The translations under genes were made by a program, and so were the position numbers. This document shows positions 48,148 to 58,823 of a DNA stretch of 64,000 bases, piece after piece (the stretch's first letter is position 1; the number at the start of each line of letters is the position of its first letter). The DNA is from an uncultured Prevotella sp. Lineage in GTDB: Bacteria > Bacteroidota > Bacteroidia > Bacteroidales > Bacteroidaceae. The notes beneath the pieces are model-generated. The model made no database searches and was not told where the DNA came from. It saw nothing but the letters and a program-made list of their open reading frames with translations. The DNA lies in contig URUK01000014.1 of the NCBI GenBank assembly GCA_900551055.1, positions 710 through 64,709 on the forward strand, in the 5' to 3' direction.

Positions 48148-49173
48148 TCAGAATTCCACCTTCATTCCTTCGCTTACTTTCTGCGCCCCGGCGGTTATCA
48201 CAAGGTCGCCGTCGGCCAGTCCGCTCGTGACCGTTACGCCGTCGGCGGTGAAGTCGCCGCAGGTTACGATGCGCTTCACGGCCTTTCCGCCTACGGCGAG
48301 CCATACAAACTCGTTGTTGTTTTCGTCAACCTGCACAATGTGAGCTGGCAGCACGCATGTCTGCCGCGTGTTGCCGCCGTCCAGCGTCACGTCGGCCACC
48401 ATGCCGGGCAGCAGCTTCCGCCCTGCGCCGGGCAGGCTGATTTTCACCTCGTATGAGCGCGACAGCGGGTCGGCGGCCACGCCTTTCTCCGTGACCGTGC
48501 CCTGCATGGAGGCTCCGCCGAGTGCGCTGACGGTGACGGTGGCCTTCTGTCCCATGGCGATTTGCGCCATTTCGTTCTCGGGAACAGATATTTTAACCTT
48601 CATGCGGCCTACCGACACGAGCTTTGCCACCTGCGTTCCGGCGGAGACGTTCTGTCCCTTTTCGGCGAATTTCCTTGATATTACGCCGCTGAATGGTGCG
48701 TACAGCCGGCAGTCGCGCAGCTGGCGTGCCGCCACCTGTTCGGCTGCGCGTGCGCGCTGCAGCGCTGTTTGCGCCTCGACCCACTTTATTTCGGGCAGGC
48801 TTCCCTTGCCGTGCAGCTCCTCCATGCGGTTGTATGCGTCTTCGGCCTGTGCCAGCGCGGCACGTGCGGCGGCGTGGTTGTTGGTCAGCTGTTCGGCGTC
48901 GAGCGTGGCTATGAGCTGTCCTTTGGCCACGCGGTCGCCCTCGTTTACGAGCACACGGCTGACAGTGCCGGCTACGGCGAAGCTCAGCAGCGAGCCGTTC
49001 TCTTCCTCAACAGTGCCCGAATAGCTGGCGGTGCGCGCCGCGGCGGCGGCCTTCACCTGCGTTGTTTCCACTTTCACGGCCTTGCGTCCTGCGTCCCGGC
49101 CTTCGTCTTTCGTGCCGCACGCCGTGAGCATTACAGCTGCCAGCGCCAGCGTCAATGATTTGTAATACTTCAT
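48148..49173 (-). CDS. RND periplasmic adaptor (MFP), lipoprotein
   Basis: LTAC lipobox, GTV..V.V.EGD.V.KGQ, APFSGVI, LLPGM. Confidence 0.93.
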   Translation of the reverse strand: MKYYKSLTLALAAVMLTACGTKDEGRDAGRKAVKVETTQVKAAAAARTASYSGTVEEENGSLLSFAVAGTVSRVLVNEGDRVAKGQLIATLDAEQLTNNHAAARAALAQAEDAYNRMEELHGKGSLPEIKWVEAQTALQRARAAEQVAARQLRDCRLYAPFSGVISRKFAEKGQNVSAGTQVAKLVSVGRMKVKISVPENEMAQIAMGQKATVTVSALGGASMQGTVTEKGVAADPLSRSYEVKISLPGAGRKLLPGMVADVTLDGGNTRQTCVLPAHIVQVDENNNEFVWLAVGGKAVKRIVTCGDFTADGVTVTSGLADGDLVITAGAQKVSEGMKVEF

Positions 49174-49366
49174 GTTTATGTCCTTTTGTTTGAATTTTGC
49201 CGCAAAATTATATCCTTTTTCGCTTTCCCCGTGTTCCTGAAAAGCAGTGTTAATGTTCTGTTTTGGAACGAAAGGAAAAGCAGGACATAGCTGTTTGACT
49301 TTTGGACACGCTGCATCCGCATGCCGTTTTACCGTCATGCGTGCAGCATGTCACGACCGCTTGCCA

Positions 49367-49454
49367 TGCAAAAGGCCGTCTTTCGTCTTGCGAAAGGCCA
49401 CCTTTTACACGCTGAAAGGCCATCAATTGCACGCCAAAAGGCCGTCTTTTGCAG
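49367..49454. repeat. 4 x 22-bp palindromic units
   Basis: tgcaaaaggccgtctttcgtct / tgcgaaaggccaccttttacac / gctgaaaggccatcaattgcac / gccaaaaggccgtcttttgcag. Confidence 0.85.
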
Positions 49455-49697
49455 GGCCGCAGCAGCAGGCTGCGCAAACGCCTGGCAGCCAGGACGTTGC
49501 GCGACGGACTGCAAACAGCCTCACACGGCGCGTGACGCAAGTCGCGTCACGATGCAGTTCCGGGTCGCACACCTTATTTATACATGTCTAAAAGTAATGT
49601 CTTAATTTTCTTAAATGTTACCTTTGGGAAGCAGTCTGCGACTTTTAGACAACGCCTTTTCCGACAAAAATTCTTTTCTTTGCAGGCAAAAAAGAAT

Positions 49698-50582
49698 ATG
49701 GATATAAAGAAAGTAAGACTTGACGACTATGAAGTGCGCGAGTTTCTGACGCACAGTAACGGCAAAATAGCCGTTGTGGACGAGCTTGGAAGCCTTGACA
49801 TCAACAATGCGACCAAGTTTGAAGGCGTGTTCGTCATACTGTGCCAGGCAGGGCGGCTGACGCTCAACATCAACGGAAAAACTTATAACGCGCATACCAA
49901 CGACGTATTAGTGTGCATGCCGGAAATCGTCACGCAAAACGTGCTTGTAAGCACAGACTTCCGCTTTTGCAGCATGTTCATTTCGTCCGACTACGCTTTC
50001 AACACGCTGCCCGTGCAGGCGAAGGGATGGAACGCGAGGCGTTTTTTTGAGGAAAACCCCATCATCTCGGTTTCCGAAAAGGAGGCAAAAATGTTCAGCC
50101 AGTATTGCATGCTGATAAAATCGAAGTTCGAAGACACCGACAGCCGCAACCGCGACAAGATAATCGACGCGCTTATCCAGGCGTTTATCTACGACTTCGG
50201 CAACGCCCTTACCCGCAACATATCCTACGAGCCGCGCCCGATGTCGTCGGCCGAAGACATCTTCAACAGGTTCATCGTCATCCTTACACAGGCTTATCCA
50301 AAGCGGCGCAAGGTGGCGTATTACGCCGACAAGCTTAACATCTCGCCCAAATACCTCTCCGTGGTGTGCAAAAAGACGTGCGGCAAGAACGCCTCGAAAA
50401 TAATCGACGCCTGTGTGGTGAAAGACATCGAGGCACTGCTCAAAAGCACGCGGAAGTCGGTCAAGGAGATTTCAAACGAGCTGGAGTTCCCCAACACCTC
50501 GTTCTTCGGCCGCTACGTAAAGAAAAACCTCGGCTGCACTCCCAACGAACTGCGCCGCAGGCTCAACGGTGTGGGCGAATAG
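49698..50582 (+). CDS. AraC family regulator, divergent from the efflux operon
   Basis: YYADKLNISPKYLS, KEIS..L.FPN.SFFGRY.K. Confidence 0.92.
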   Translation: MDIKKVRLDDYEVREFLTHSNGKIAVVDELGSLDINNATKFEGVFVILCQAGRLTLNINGKTYNAHTNDVLVCMPEIVTQNVLVSTDFRFCSMFISSDYAFNTLPVQAKGWNARRFFEENPIISVSEKEAKMFSQYCMLIKSKFEDTDSRNRDKIIDALIQAFIYDFGNALTRNISYEPRPMSSAEDIFNRFIVILTQAYPKRRKVAYYADKLNISPKYLSVVCKKTCGKNASKIIDACVVKDIEALLKSTRKSVKEISNELEFPNTSFFGRYVKKNLGCTPNELRRRLNGVGE

Positions 50583-50729
50583 TTTTTCAATTCATAATAC
50601 ACAATTTATAATTCATAATCGGGCTGCGCGGCGTGAAATAATGTGTGATTTTTGCCGTACCGCACCGTGATGGAGATAAAGTGTATTTGCAAAAGATGAT
50701 TGAAAGCAGTGACATTTTTCAACGTTTGT

Positions 50730-50760
50730 TTTGATTTCAGCACCGATTTTGCTATCTTTG
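50730..50760 (+). promoter_or_regulatory. Canonical Bacteroidetes sigma-ABfr promoter
   Basis: TTTG (50730-50733), 19-nt spacer, TATCTTTG (50753-50760). Confidence 0.75.
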
Positions 50761-50793
50761 CTCCAAGTAATCATATACAAGGACAAATCATTG

Positions 50794-51036
50794 ATGAGCA
50801 ATTTCAGTTCAAGGCAAAGCAAGGCGGACAATGCACGTGAACGCGACCATCAGCGGCGTGACAGGCTGGCAGGGTATTTTTACGACCTGTCGAAGCTGAG
50901 TTTCGCCGGCTTGGTGATAGGTGTCATAACGCCGTTATTTACGGACGAAGGTGCCGGAACCAATGTTTTTGTCATTGTTATAGGATTGGTGCTGACCGTA
51001 TTGTCGGCCATGTTGGCTAATAAAATATTGAGGTGA
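50794..51036 (+). CDS. Small 2-TM membrane protein
   Basis: RRDRLAGYFYDLSKLSFAGLVIG plus a second hydrophobic helix; ATG lies downstream of the promoter. Confidence 0.7.
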   Translation: MSNFSSRQSKADNARERDHQRRDRLAGYFYDLSKLSFAGLVIGVITPLFTDEGAGTNVFVIVIGLVLTVLSAMLANKILR

Positions 51037-51038
51037 CT

Positions 51039-51143
51039 ATGGAAGGGCTTGGACTTGTGTTCACTGTAGGCGTGATTGTGGTGGGAGGAATTTATCTTTG
51101 GACATACACAAAGCGTGGAAAGAAATGGCTTGAAAACCTTTAA
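51039..51143 (+). CDS. 34-aa single-TM peptide (below the ORF-track cutoff)
   Basis: MEGLGLVFTVGVIVVGGIYLWTYTKRGKKWLENL*; fills the gap exactly between the upstream stop and priA. Confidence 0.7.
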   Translation: MEGLGLVFTVGVIVVGGIYLWTYTKRGKKWLENL

Positions 51144-51154
51144 GCGCTTTTGTA

Positions 51155-53431
51155 ATGTCTCCACATTACATAGACGTTCTTCTTCCCGTGCCGCTTGACA
51201 GCACGTTCACTTACTCCGTTCCGCCGCAGATGGAAGGCAGGGCGGAGCGTGGAAAGCGTGTGCTTGTGCCCTTCGGACGCAACAAGAGCTATGTGGGCAT
51301 AATCATAAAGGTACATGACACGAAGCCCGGTTTTGCCGTAAAGGACATAAAACTGGTGCTCGACGATGCTCCCATTGTCACTGACGCCCAGCTCGAACTG
51401 TGGCGGTGGCTGGCTGACTACTACATGTCGGCAGCCGGTGACGTGCTTCAGGCCGCGCTGCCGGGCGGACTCAAGGCGGCTGACGCATACAAGCCGAAGA
51501 CCGAGACGTGTCTCGCCCTCGCGCCGGAGTTCAGGAACGAGCGAGCCATACACGTGGCTCTTGACACCTTGGGACGTGCCGAAAAGCAGCGCAAAGCATT
51601 CGCCTGCTTCCTCGCCATGAGCAGCTGGGACACGATAGAGGGCGCTTCCACACACGAAACTTTGGCGGAAGTGACGCGCGACGAGCTGATGAACACCGCC
51701 CACTGCACCGCTGCAACACTGAAAAGCCTTATAGACCGCCGCCTGCTCGTGGCATACGAGCGAGAGGTAGGCCGCCTTAACCACGGCGGCGAGCCGCATC
51801 CTGAAAACATAAAACCGCTCAACGGGGCACAACAGGAAGCCTACAACAAGATTGTCTTTTCGTTCCTGAAGAAGAATGTGGTGCTGCTTCACGGCGTGAC
51901 TTCAAGCGGAAAAACCGAAATATACATACACCTCATCCGTCAGGCATTGGAACGGAAGCAGCAGGTTCTTTACCTCCTGCCCGAAATTGCGCTGACGGTG
52001 CAGATACGGCAGAGACTCCAACGCGTCTTCGGCGACCGCCTCGGCATATACCATTCAAAGTACTCCGATGCCGAGAGAGTTGAAATCTGGAAGAAGCAAA
52101 TGTCGCAAAACCCTTACGGAGTAATCCTCGGTGCGCGTTCCGCAGTGCTCCTTCCGTTCTCCAATCTCGGCCTTGTCATCATCGACGAGGAGCACGAAAC
52201 GTCGTTCAAACAGCAAGACCCTGCACCACGGTACCATGCACGCTCGGCGGCGATAATGCTCGCCGCCAAGGCCGGAGCAAAGGTTCTGCTCGGCTCCGCC
52301 ACGCCGTGCGCCGAGACATGGCACAACGCCCGTACCGGCAAATATGGCTACGTGCGCCTTGACAAGCGCTTCGGCGACATGCAGATGCCCGAAATCAACG
52401 TCGTAGACATAAAGGACTTGCAGCACCGGAAGATGATGAACGGCCCGTTTTCACCGCAGCTTCTCGTTGCGATGCGCCGCGCGTTGGACAACAAGGAACA
52501 GGTAATCCTCTTCCAGAACCGCCGCGGTTTCGCCCCGATGATTGAGTGCCGTGAATGCGGATGGACGCCAAGATGCGAGGCGTGCGATGTCTCCCTTACC
52601 TTCCATAAAGCCCTCGGACAGCTCACCTGCCACTATTGCGGCCGCACGTATGCCGTGCCCGACGTGTGTCCTTGCTGCGGAAGCCGTGACCTCCGGGGAC
52701 GAGGCTACGGCACGGAGAAGGTGGAGGACAAGGTGATGGAGCTTTTTCCGGAAGCCCGTGTGGCGCGTATGGACCTTGACACGACGCGCACCCGCAACGC
52801 ATACGAACGCCTGATAAGCGACTTTTCGGCGCATCGCACCGACATACTCATAGGCACCCAGATGGTAAGCAAGGGCTTGGACTTCGACAAAGTGTCGGTT
52901 GTCGGCATTCTGAACGCCGACTCCATGCTCAATTATCCTGACTTCCGGGCTTATGAACACGCCTTCACGATGATGGCGCAGGTGGCCGGACGCGCCGGAA
53001 GGAAGGGCAAACAGGGTCTTGTCATACTGCAGACGAAAAGCCCGGAGCTGCCCGTTATCGGCCAAGTGGTGCGCAACGACATGGAGGGTTTTTACTCCGA
53101 TCTGCTCGAAGAGCGGCAACTGTTCCGTTATCCGCCGTTCTACCATATAATAAATGTATATCTCCGCCACAAGGACGAGCCTGTGGTATGCGCGGCGGCG
53201 GATGCCCTCGGCACGCTGTTGCGCCAGTGGTTCGGCACCCGTGTGTTAGGTCCCGACAAGCCGTCGGTGGCGCGCGTAAAGGCGATGAACATCCGAAAGA
53301 TGGTTGTAAAGCTTGAACTTGGCATCGACTTGGCCAAAGTCCGCCTTTACCTTAACAAGGGAAAGTCCGCCGTTTTGCAGGACAACAGGTACAAAACGGT
53401 GACGGTTTATTTTGATGTCGACCCATTGTGA
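51155..53431 (+). CDS. priA: Primosomal protein N'
   Basis: HGVTSSGKT, DEEH, QNRRGF, four CxxC motifs, QVAGRAGR, DVDP. Confidence 0.97.
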   Translation: MSPHYIDVLLPVPLDSTFTYSVPPQMEGRAERGKRVLVPFGRNKSYVGIIIKVHDTKPGFAVKDIKLVLDDAPIVTDAQLELWRWLADYYMSAAGDVLQAALPGGLKAADAYKPKTETCLALAPEFRNERAIHVALDTLGRAEKQRKAFACFLAMSSWDTIEGASTHETLAEVTRDELMNTAHCTAATLKSLIDRRLLVAYEREVGRLNHGGEPHPENIKPLNGAQQEAYNKIVFSFLKKNVVLLHGVTSSGKTEIYIHLIRQALERKQQVLYLLPEIALTVQIRQRLQRVFGDRLGIYHSKYSDAERVEIWKKQMSQNPYGVILGARSAVLLPFSNLGLVIIDEEHETSFKQQDPAPRYHARSAAIMLAAKAGAKVLLGSATPCAETWHNARTGKYGYVRLDKRFGDMQMPEINVVDIKDLQHRKMMNGPFSPQLLVAMRRALDNKEQVILFQNRRGFAPMIECRECGWTPRCEACDVSLTFHKALGQLTCHYCGRTYAVPDVCPCCGSRDLRGRGYGTEKVEDKVMELFPEARVARMDLDTTRTRNAYERLISDFSAHRTDILIGTQMVSKGLDFDKVSVVGILNADSMLNYPDFRAYEHAFTMMAQVAGRAGRKGKQGLVILQTKSPELPVIGQVVRNDMEGFYSDLLEERQLFRYPPFYHIINVYLRHKDEPVVCAAADALGTLLRQWFGTRVLGPDKPSVARVKAMNIRKMVVKLELGIDLAKVRLYLNKGKSAVLQDNRYKTVTVYFDVDPL

Positions 53432-53432
53432 G

Positions 53433-53519
53433 TTAAGAATTAAGAGTTAAGAATTAAGAAAATATGCAGAACTTGTACAACGAGGCATATTTTCTTAATT
53501 CTTAACTCTTAATTCTTAA
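53433..53519. terminator. Perfect 35-bp inverted repeat built of 7-mers between convergent genes
   Basis: TTAAGAATTAAGAGTTAAGAATTAAGAAAATATGC (53433-53467) and its reverse complement (53485-53519). Confidence 0.8.
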
Positions 53520-55585
53520 TTTTTTCCATCTTCCTTTTTCAGTTCTGGATAGCTGGTGCGTGTGTGGTAGATTGCCTTGAGGCGGTCGGTCAATACCTGC
53601 TTTGCCACGGCGATGTCGTGGAACGTTATGGGGCTGTATTTGAAGAAACCGTCGGCCACCTGCTGGTCGATGAGCTTGTTGACAAGTGACGAGATGCTCT
53701 CCTCGGTGTGCTCTTTCAGCGAGCGTGCGGCGGCCTCCACCGTGTCCGCCATCATCAATATGGCCTGTTCCCTGGTAAAGGGGTCGGGTCCGGGATAGGT
53801 GAACAGGGTGTCGTCAACAGGCTCGTCTGGGTGCTCGTTCTTGTAAGATATGTAAAAGTACTTGGTCTTCCCAGTGCCGTGGTGTGTCTTTATGAAATCC
53901 TTGATTACGCCGGGCAAGTTGTATTTCTCGGCTATCTTCAGTCCGTCGGTCACGTGGCTGATAACCACTTGGGCGGCATCTATGCGCTGCATTGCGTCAA
54001 GAGGATTGGCGCCTCCCATCTGGTTCTCGGTGAAACAGGCAGGATTTCTCATCTTGCCTATGTCGTGATAGAACGCTCCCGTGCGCACAAGCTGCGCCTT
54101 CGCGCCTATTTTGTTGGCTATTTCGGCGGCGAGGTTGCCCACCATTACCGAGTGTTGGAACGTGCCGGGGGCCACCTCGCTAAGGTCGCGCAGCAGCTTC
54201 TTGTTGGTGTTCGACAATTCTATCAGCGTGACGTTGGATATGAATCCGAACGTTTTTTCTATGACAAGCATCATCGGGTAAGCGAAAAGCAGCAGCACGC
54301 CGTTGGCTATGAAGTACATGTACATGTCGTGGTCCATGGTGAGGATGCTGTTGTCCTGCATCAGCTGCAGCGCGAAGTAGATGGCCGAGCTGCCGAGAGT
54401 CACGAGCACGGCGGTCTTGAATATCTCGGCGCGTTGCGACAGTTCGCGCAGCGAATAGATGGCGATGATGCCGGCCACAAGCTGCACTATGATGAACTCG
54501 TACTGGTATTTCACGGCGGCGGCGCAGATTAGCACCATCGTGACGTGCGCCGTGAAGGCCGTGCGCGAGTCGAGGAACACGCGGATGAATATGGGCGTTA
54601 TGGCGAAGGGCAGCAGGTAGACGCTCAGCACGTTGTGCGTAATCATCAGTGAAACGAACACCGGGAAGGCCGTTATCATGACGTAGAGCATGGCTATGCT
54701 GCGCGGTTTCTCGAAGTAATCCTTGCGGAACAGGCGCAGGTATGTGGTGAAAAGGAGTATCAGCGTGCCGACGAACAGCACCTGTCCGGCTATCGTCGAG
54801 GGCACTGCCGTGGCGCTTGCGCTGCGCCGTTTGGTCTCTTTTTCAAACGAGTTCAGCACTCTGTAAGTGTAGTCGTCGACAATCTCTCCGCGGTCGATTA
54901 TCTTCTGTCCGCTCAGCACCATGCCGCTTGCGAGGGGTATTGAGCTCAACAAGTCGCTTACCTCCGTCTCGCTTCTTTCCTTGTCGTATTTCAGGTTCGG
55001 CTGTATGTATTCGTTGAGGTTGCAGTGTACCAGCACCTGTTTCTGGGCTGCGATTTTGGGGTCGGAGAACAGCCGTTCATACGCGGTCATGGTCGAGTAG
55101 AGGCACATTATCTCTATGTTGGTGGCGTTCTTGCCATTGACAATCCTCACCATGTGCATCGTGTCGCGGCTTATTTCTGAGTATTCCGGGGCGTTCATGA
55201 TGCCCGCCTGGTAGAGGCGGTGCAGCCGGTCGGCGATGGTTGCCACGTAGCCGGGCGCCAGTCCCGGTATGCCGTCCTTGTATTTGTCGAGGAACTTGGC
55301 TATCTGCTCCTTCTCCACGGCGGCGTCATAGTTGTAGTAAGGCTCGAAAGCTTCCGTTATGCTGTCCTGTTCCTCCTTTATGGTGGCCTCGGTCTTGTAT
55401 ATGGGGAAGTCGAACTTGGCTATCAGCGAGCCATACATCCAGGGCTTGCCTACATCGTATCGGAACTGCGGACCGCTGTTGCGCGGCAGGAAAAACACAA
55501 TGATGCCTACTGTCACCATCACCAGCAGCGTGCATGCCAGCCACCGGCTCCAGGGCTTTCCGCCTGTATTGTCGAACTTTATCAT
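53516..55585 (-). CDS. 7TM-HD (HDIG) phosphohydrolase, PgpH-like
   Basis: [29 protein letters not shown]; start MIKFDN. Confidence 0.9.
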   Translation of the reverse strand: MIKFDNTGGKPWSRWLACTLLVMVTVGIIVFFLPRNSGPQFRYDVGKPWMYGSLIAKFDFPIYKTEATIKEEQDSITEAFEPYYNYDAAVEKEQIAKFLDKYKDGIPGLAPGYVATIADRLHRLYQAGIMNAPEYSEISRDTMHMVRIVNGKNATNIEIMCLYSTMTAYERLFSDPKIAAQKQVLVHCNLNEYIQPNLKYDKERSETEVSDLLSSIPLASGMVLSGQKIIDRGEIVDDYTYRVLNSFEKETKRRSASATAVPSTIAGQVLFVGTLILLFTTYLRLFRKDYFEKPRSIAMLYVMITAFPVFVSLMITHNVLSVYLLPFAITPIFIRVFLDSRTAFTAHVTMVLICAAAVKYQYEFIIVQLVAGIIAIYSLRELSQRAEIFKTAVLVTLGSSAIYFALQLMQDNSILTMDHDMYMYFIANGVLLLFAYPMMLVIEKTFGFISNVTLIELSNTNKKLLRDLSEVAPGTFQHSVMVGNLAAEIANKIGAKAQLVRTGAFYHDIGKMRNPACFTENQMGGANPLDAMQRIDAAQVVISHVTDGLKIAEKYNLPGVIKDFIKTHHGTGKTKYFYISYKNEHPDEPVDDTLFTYPGPDPFTREQAILMMADTVEAAARSLKEHTEESISSLVNKLIDQQVADGFFKYSPITFHDIAVAKQVLTDRLKAIYHTRTSYPELKKEDGKN

Positions 55586-55728
55586 TTTGTCTTGCGTTGT
55601 ATTCTTGCCCTGCGAAAATACTAAAAAAATATTCCACTTTGGCAAAAAAACAGTAATTTTGCACAAAAAATCAAGTGTATGGGGGCTGACTTGCGACCGG
55701 CTGCATTCTGCCGGGCCGCCGGACGCTT

Positions 55729-55793
55729 TCCAAAAGGCGGCCTTTTGCAATGTAAAAGGCCACTTTTGCAGGCCAAAAGACGGTCTTTTGCAA
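55729..55793. repeat. 3 x 21-22-bp palindromic units
   Basis: caaaaggcggccttttg, taaaaggccacttttg, caaaagacggtcttttg. Confidence 0.8.
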
Positions 55794-55849
55794 GCCGTAG
55801 GGCAACGCGCTGACTGTCAATGGATTACGGTTCGCTGTGAAAACGATGC

Positions 55850-55925
55850 CTCGTCAACTTGTCACTCGTCACTTGTTGACTTGTCATTCGTGCCTTGTCT
55901 GCTTGTCCCTCGTCACTTGTCAACT
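55850..55925 (+). repeat. (CTYGTC) unit repeat immediately before gltX
   Basis: About ten 7-8-bp units, ctcgtcaacttgtcactcgtcacttgttgacttgtc... Confidence 0.78.
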
Positions 55926-55934
55926 ATTAAAGAC

Positions 55935-57452
55935 ATGGAAGAAAGAAAAACAAGGGTGCGCTTTGCACCCAGTCCTACGGGTGCGCTCCACATCGGCGGA
56001 GTGCGCACCGCGCTGTACAATTACCTCTTCGCGCGCCAGAGGGGCGGCGAAATGGTGTTCAGGATTGAAGACACCGACTCCTCGCGCTTCGTCCCCGGGG
56101 CGGAGGAATACATCATCGAGTCGTTCCGCTGGTTGGGCATCAAGTTCGACGAGGGCGTAAGCTTCGGCGGCTCACACGGCCCTTACCGCCAGAGCGAGCG
56201 CCGCAGCATCTACAAGAAGTACGTCGACCAGCTGCTCGCCGACGGCAAGGCGTACATCGCCTTCGACACTCCCGAGGAGCTTGAGGCCAAGCGTCAGGAA
56301 ATAAAGAACTTCCAGTATGACGCCCACACGCGCCACATGATGCGCAACTCGCTCACCATGCCCAAGGAAGAAGTTGACGCCCTCATTGCCGACGGCGTGC
56401 AGTACGTCGTAAGGTTCAAGGTTGAGCCGGGCGAAGAGGTGCACGTAAACGACATGATACGCGGCGACGTGGTTATCAAGAGCGACATCCTCGACGACAA
56501 GGTGCTCTACAAAAGCGCGGACGAACTGCCAACTTACCACCTCGCCAACATAGTTGACGACCACCTGATGGAAATCACCCACGTAATCCGCGGCGAGGAG
56601 TGGCTGCCCAGCGCGCCGCTGCACATGCTGCTCTACCGCGCCTTCGGATGGGAAGCCACCATGCCGCAGTTCGCCCACCTGCCGCTGCTCCTGAAGCCCG
56701 ACGGCAAGGGAAAGCTGAGCAAACGCGACGGCGATCGACTCGGTTTCCCCGTATTCCCACTCGAATGGCACGACCCCAAGACCGGCGAAGTAAGCAACGG
56801 CTTCCGCGAACAGGGCTATTTCCCCGAGGCGGTAATCAACTTCCTCGCCCTGCTCGGCTGGAACCCGGGCACGGAGCAGGAGCTGTTCACGCTTGACGAG
56901 CTTGTGGAACAGTTTGACATCGCAAAGTGCAGCAAAGCCGGAGCACGCTTCGACTACAAGAAAGCCGTATGGTTCAACCACGAATACATACTCAAGAAGA
57001 GCGACGACGAGATAGCAAACCTCTTCGCGCCAATCGTCGCCGGCAACGGCGTCGACGAGCCAATGGAGCGCATCACCAAGGTAGTATCGATGATGAAAGA
57101 CCGCGTCGACTTCGTGAAAGAGCTGTGGCCGCTGTGCTCTTTCTTCTTCATTCCGCCCGTGGAGTACGACGAGAAGACCGTGCGCAAGCGCTGGAAGGAG
57201 GACTCTCCGCAGGTTATGACCGAGCTGGCCGACCTTCTTGAAAGCCTTGACGACTTCTCTTTGGAGAACCAGGAGCGCGAAGTCATGGCCTGGGTCGAGG
57301 CCAAGGGCTACAAGCTGGGCGACGTAATGAACGCCTTTCGCCTTGCCCTCGTGGGCATAGGAAAGGGTCCCGGCATGTTCGACATTTCCGCTTTCCTCGG
57401 CAAGGAGGAGACTCTGCGCCGCCTGCGCAGGGCTGTCGAGGAGCTTTCTTGA
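55935..57452 (+). CDS. gltX: Glutamate--tRNA ligase
   Basis: [34 protein letters not shown]. Confidence 0.97.
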   Translation: MEERKTRVRFAPSPTGALHIGGVRTALYNYLFARQRGGEMVFRIEDTDSSRFVPGAEEYIIESFRWLGIKFDEGVSFGGSHGPYRQSERRSIYKKYVDQLLADGKAYIAFDTPEELEAKRQEIKNFQYDAHTRHMMRNSLTMPKEEVDALIADGVQYVVRFKVEPGEEVHVNDMIRGDVVIKSDILDDKVLYKSADELPTYHLANIVDDHLMEITHVIRGEEWLPSAPLHMLLYRAFGWEATMPQFAHLPLLLKPDGKGKLSKRDGDRLGFPVFPLEWHDPKTGEVSNGFREQGYFPEAVINFLALLGWNPGTEQELFTLDELVEQFDIAKCSKAGARFDYKKAVWFNHEYILKKSDDEIANLFAPIVAGNGVDEPMERITKVVSMMKDRVDFVKELWPLCSFFFIPPVEYDEKTVRKRWKEDSPQVMTELADLLESLDDFSLENQEREVMAWVEAKGYKLGDVMNAFRLALVGIGKGPGMFDISAFLGKEETLRRLRRAVEELS

Positions 57453-57453
57453 A

Positions 57454-57558
57454 GCGGACGAGTTGACGAGTGACGAGCAGACAAGGCACAAGCAGACGAG
57501 GCAATTTTCAGCTTGTCGGCTTGTTACTTGTCTGCTCGTCACTTGTCAACTTGTCTGC
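57454..57558 (+). repeat. ~48-bp-stem hairpin made of GACRAG/CTYGTC units
   Basis: Left arm gcggacgagttgacgagtgacgagcagacaag... pairs with ...cttgtctgctcgtcacttgtcaacttgtctgc. Confidence 0.82.
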
Positions 57559-57583
57559 TGAAAATAATAAATTATTGACAAAA

Positions 57584-58669
57584 ATGTGGATGTTCATCTT
57601 CTTTGTGCTGCCGCTCGTGGGGCTGGCCTACGTGCTGTGGCACGTCTGGTGCATGCTGCCGTGGGGCGTGGCAGGCAAGAGCGCCGTCGTGACGGCGTGC
57701 GTATTGGCGTTCGCCACGCTGTTCCTCAACTTCTCGCACGCCATCGACCGCTTCCCCATGTGGCTCGCGCGGACGTGCTATGAGGTAGGCAATTCGGCCA
57801 TATTCGTGCTGCTTTACCTCGTCATGCTGTTCCTGCTGCTCGACGTCGGGCGGCTGCTGCACATCGTGCCGAGGCCGCTGCTCTACGCCAACGGCTACAC
57901 CTCGCTGGCCGTTACGGCACTGATGGTTGTGGTGTTCGCCGCCGCTTATGCCAACTACATGCACAAGGCGCGCCACGAAGTGAACCTTCCGGCAGACGGC
58001 AACGTGCCGGCTGGCACTAAGATTGTGATGATGAGCGACATGCACCTTGGCTACCACAACGGCCGCAGGGAGCTGGCGAGGTGGGTTGACATGGTCAACG
58101 CCGAGCGTCCCGACATTGTGCTGATAGCAGGCGACGTAGTTGACGGCAGCCTGAGGCCGCTGCTCGACGAGGACATGGCCGCCGAGCTGCGCCGCATAGA
58201 AGCCCCGGTGTATGCCTGCCTGGGCAACCATGAATACTATTCGGGCATAGACGGCTCGGTGGACTTCTACCGCAAGGCCGGACTGACGCTGCTGCGCGAC
58301 AGCGCGGCGGCCGTGGGCGGCATCGTGATAGTAGGCCGCGACGACCGCTCCAACCCCCGCCGGAAGAGCATAGGCGCACTGATGCGTGGCGTGGACAAGT
58401 CGAAGTACGTCATACTGCTCGACCACCAGCCCTACCACTTGGAGCAGGCCGAGAGGGCCGGCGTAGACTTCCAGTTCAGCGGACACACCCACCACGGCCA
58501 GGTATGGCCCATATCGTGGATTACGCAGAGCGTCTACGAAGACGCCTACGGCCCCTGGCGGCGCGGCGGTACGCGCTACTATGTCAGCTCGGGCATGGGC
58601 ATCTGGGGCGCGAAATTCCGCATCGGCACGTGTTCGGAGTACATAGTCGCCACGTTCGGCGGCAAGTGA
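57584..58669 (+). CDS. Membrane-anchored metallophosphoesterase (YkuE/YaeI-like)
   Basis: SDMHLG, GDVVD, GNHE, DHQP, SGHTH.GQ; N-terminal TM segments. Confidence 0.92.
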   Translation: MWMFIFFVLPLVGLAYVLWHVWCMLPWGVAGKSAVVTACVLAFATLFLNFSHAIDRFPMWLARTCYEVGNSAIFVLLYLVMLFLLLDVGRLLHIVPRPLLYANGYTSLAVTALMVVVFAAAYANYMHKARHEVNLPADGNVPAGTKIVMMSDMHLGYHNGRRELARWVDMVNAERPDIVLIAGDVVDGSLRPLLDEDMAAELRRIEAPVYACLGNHEYYSGIDGSVDFYRKAGLTLLRDSAAAVGGIVIVGRDDRSNPRRKSIGALMRGVDKSKYVILLDHQPYHLEQAERAGVDFQFSGHTHHGQVWPISWITQSVYEDAYGPWRRGGTRYYVSSGMGIWGAKFRIGTCSEYIVATFGGK

Positions 58670-58703
58670 TGCAATCCTACACGCCGAAAACCGTAAGCCT
58701 GAG

Positions 58704-58785
58704 ACTTCTCAGCCCACGGAGTGGGCGATAACTTCTTTAACTCCTTTAACTTCTTAATGGATGTCGGATTGACCGACATCCATTT
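58704..58785 (+). terminator. (CTTTAACTY)n plus 12-bp hairpin; likely terminator
   Basis: AATGGATGTCGG (58756-58767) / CCGACATCCATT (58773-58784), followed by T residues. Confidence 0.65.
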
Positions 58786-58823
58786 TATATATAATAATAG
58801 GTGAATTTTGAAGATATTTTGAA

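Noticed and set aside
55359..55934. Long N-terminal extensions of gltX and the HD gene in the ORF track (also 41632, 48097, 49338, 49584, 57470)
   Set aside because: They read through intergenic repeats or promoters; family-typical starts lie downstream.
56172..58495. Long antisense ORFs (456 aa, 307 aa; likewise 5187-6104, 8125-9309, 9479-10591, 45452-46588)
   Set aside because: Shadow frames of well-supported genes with strong codon bias; no motifs.
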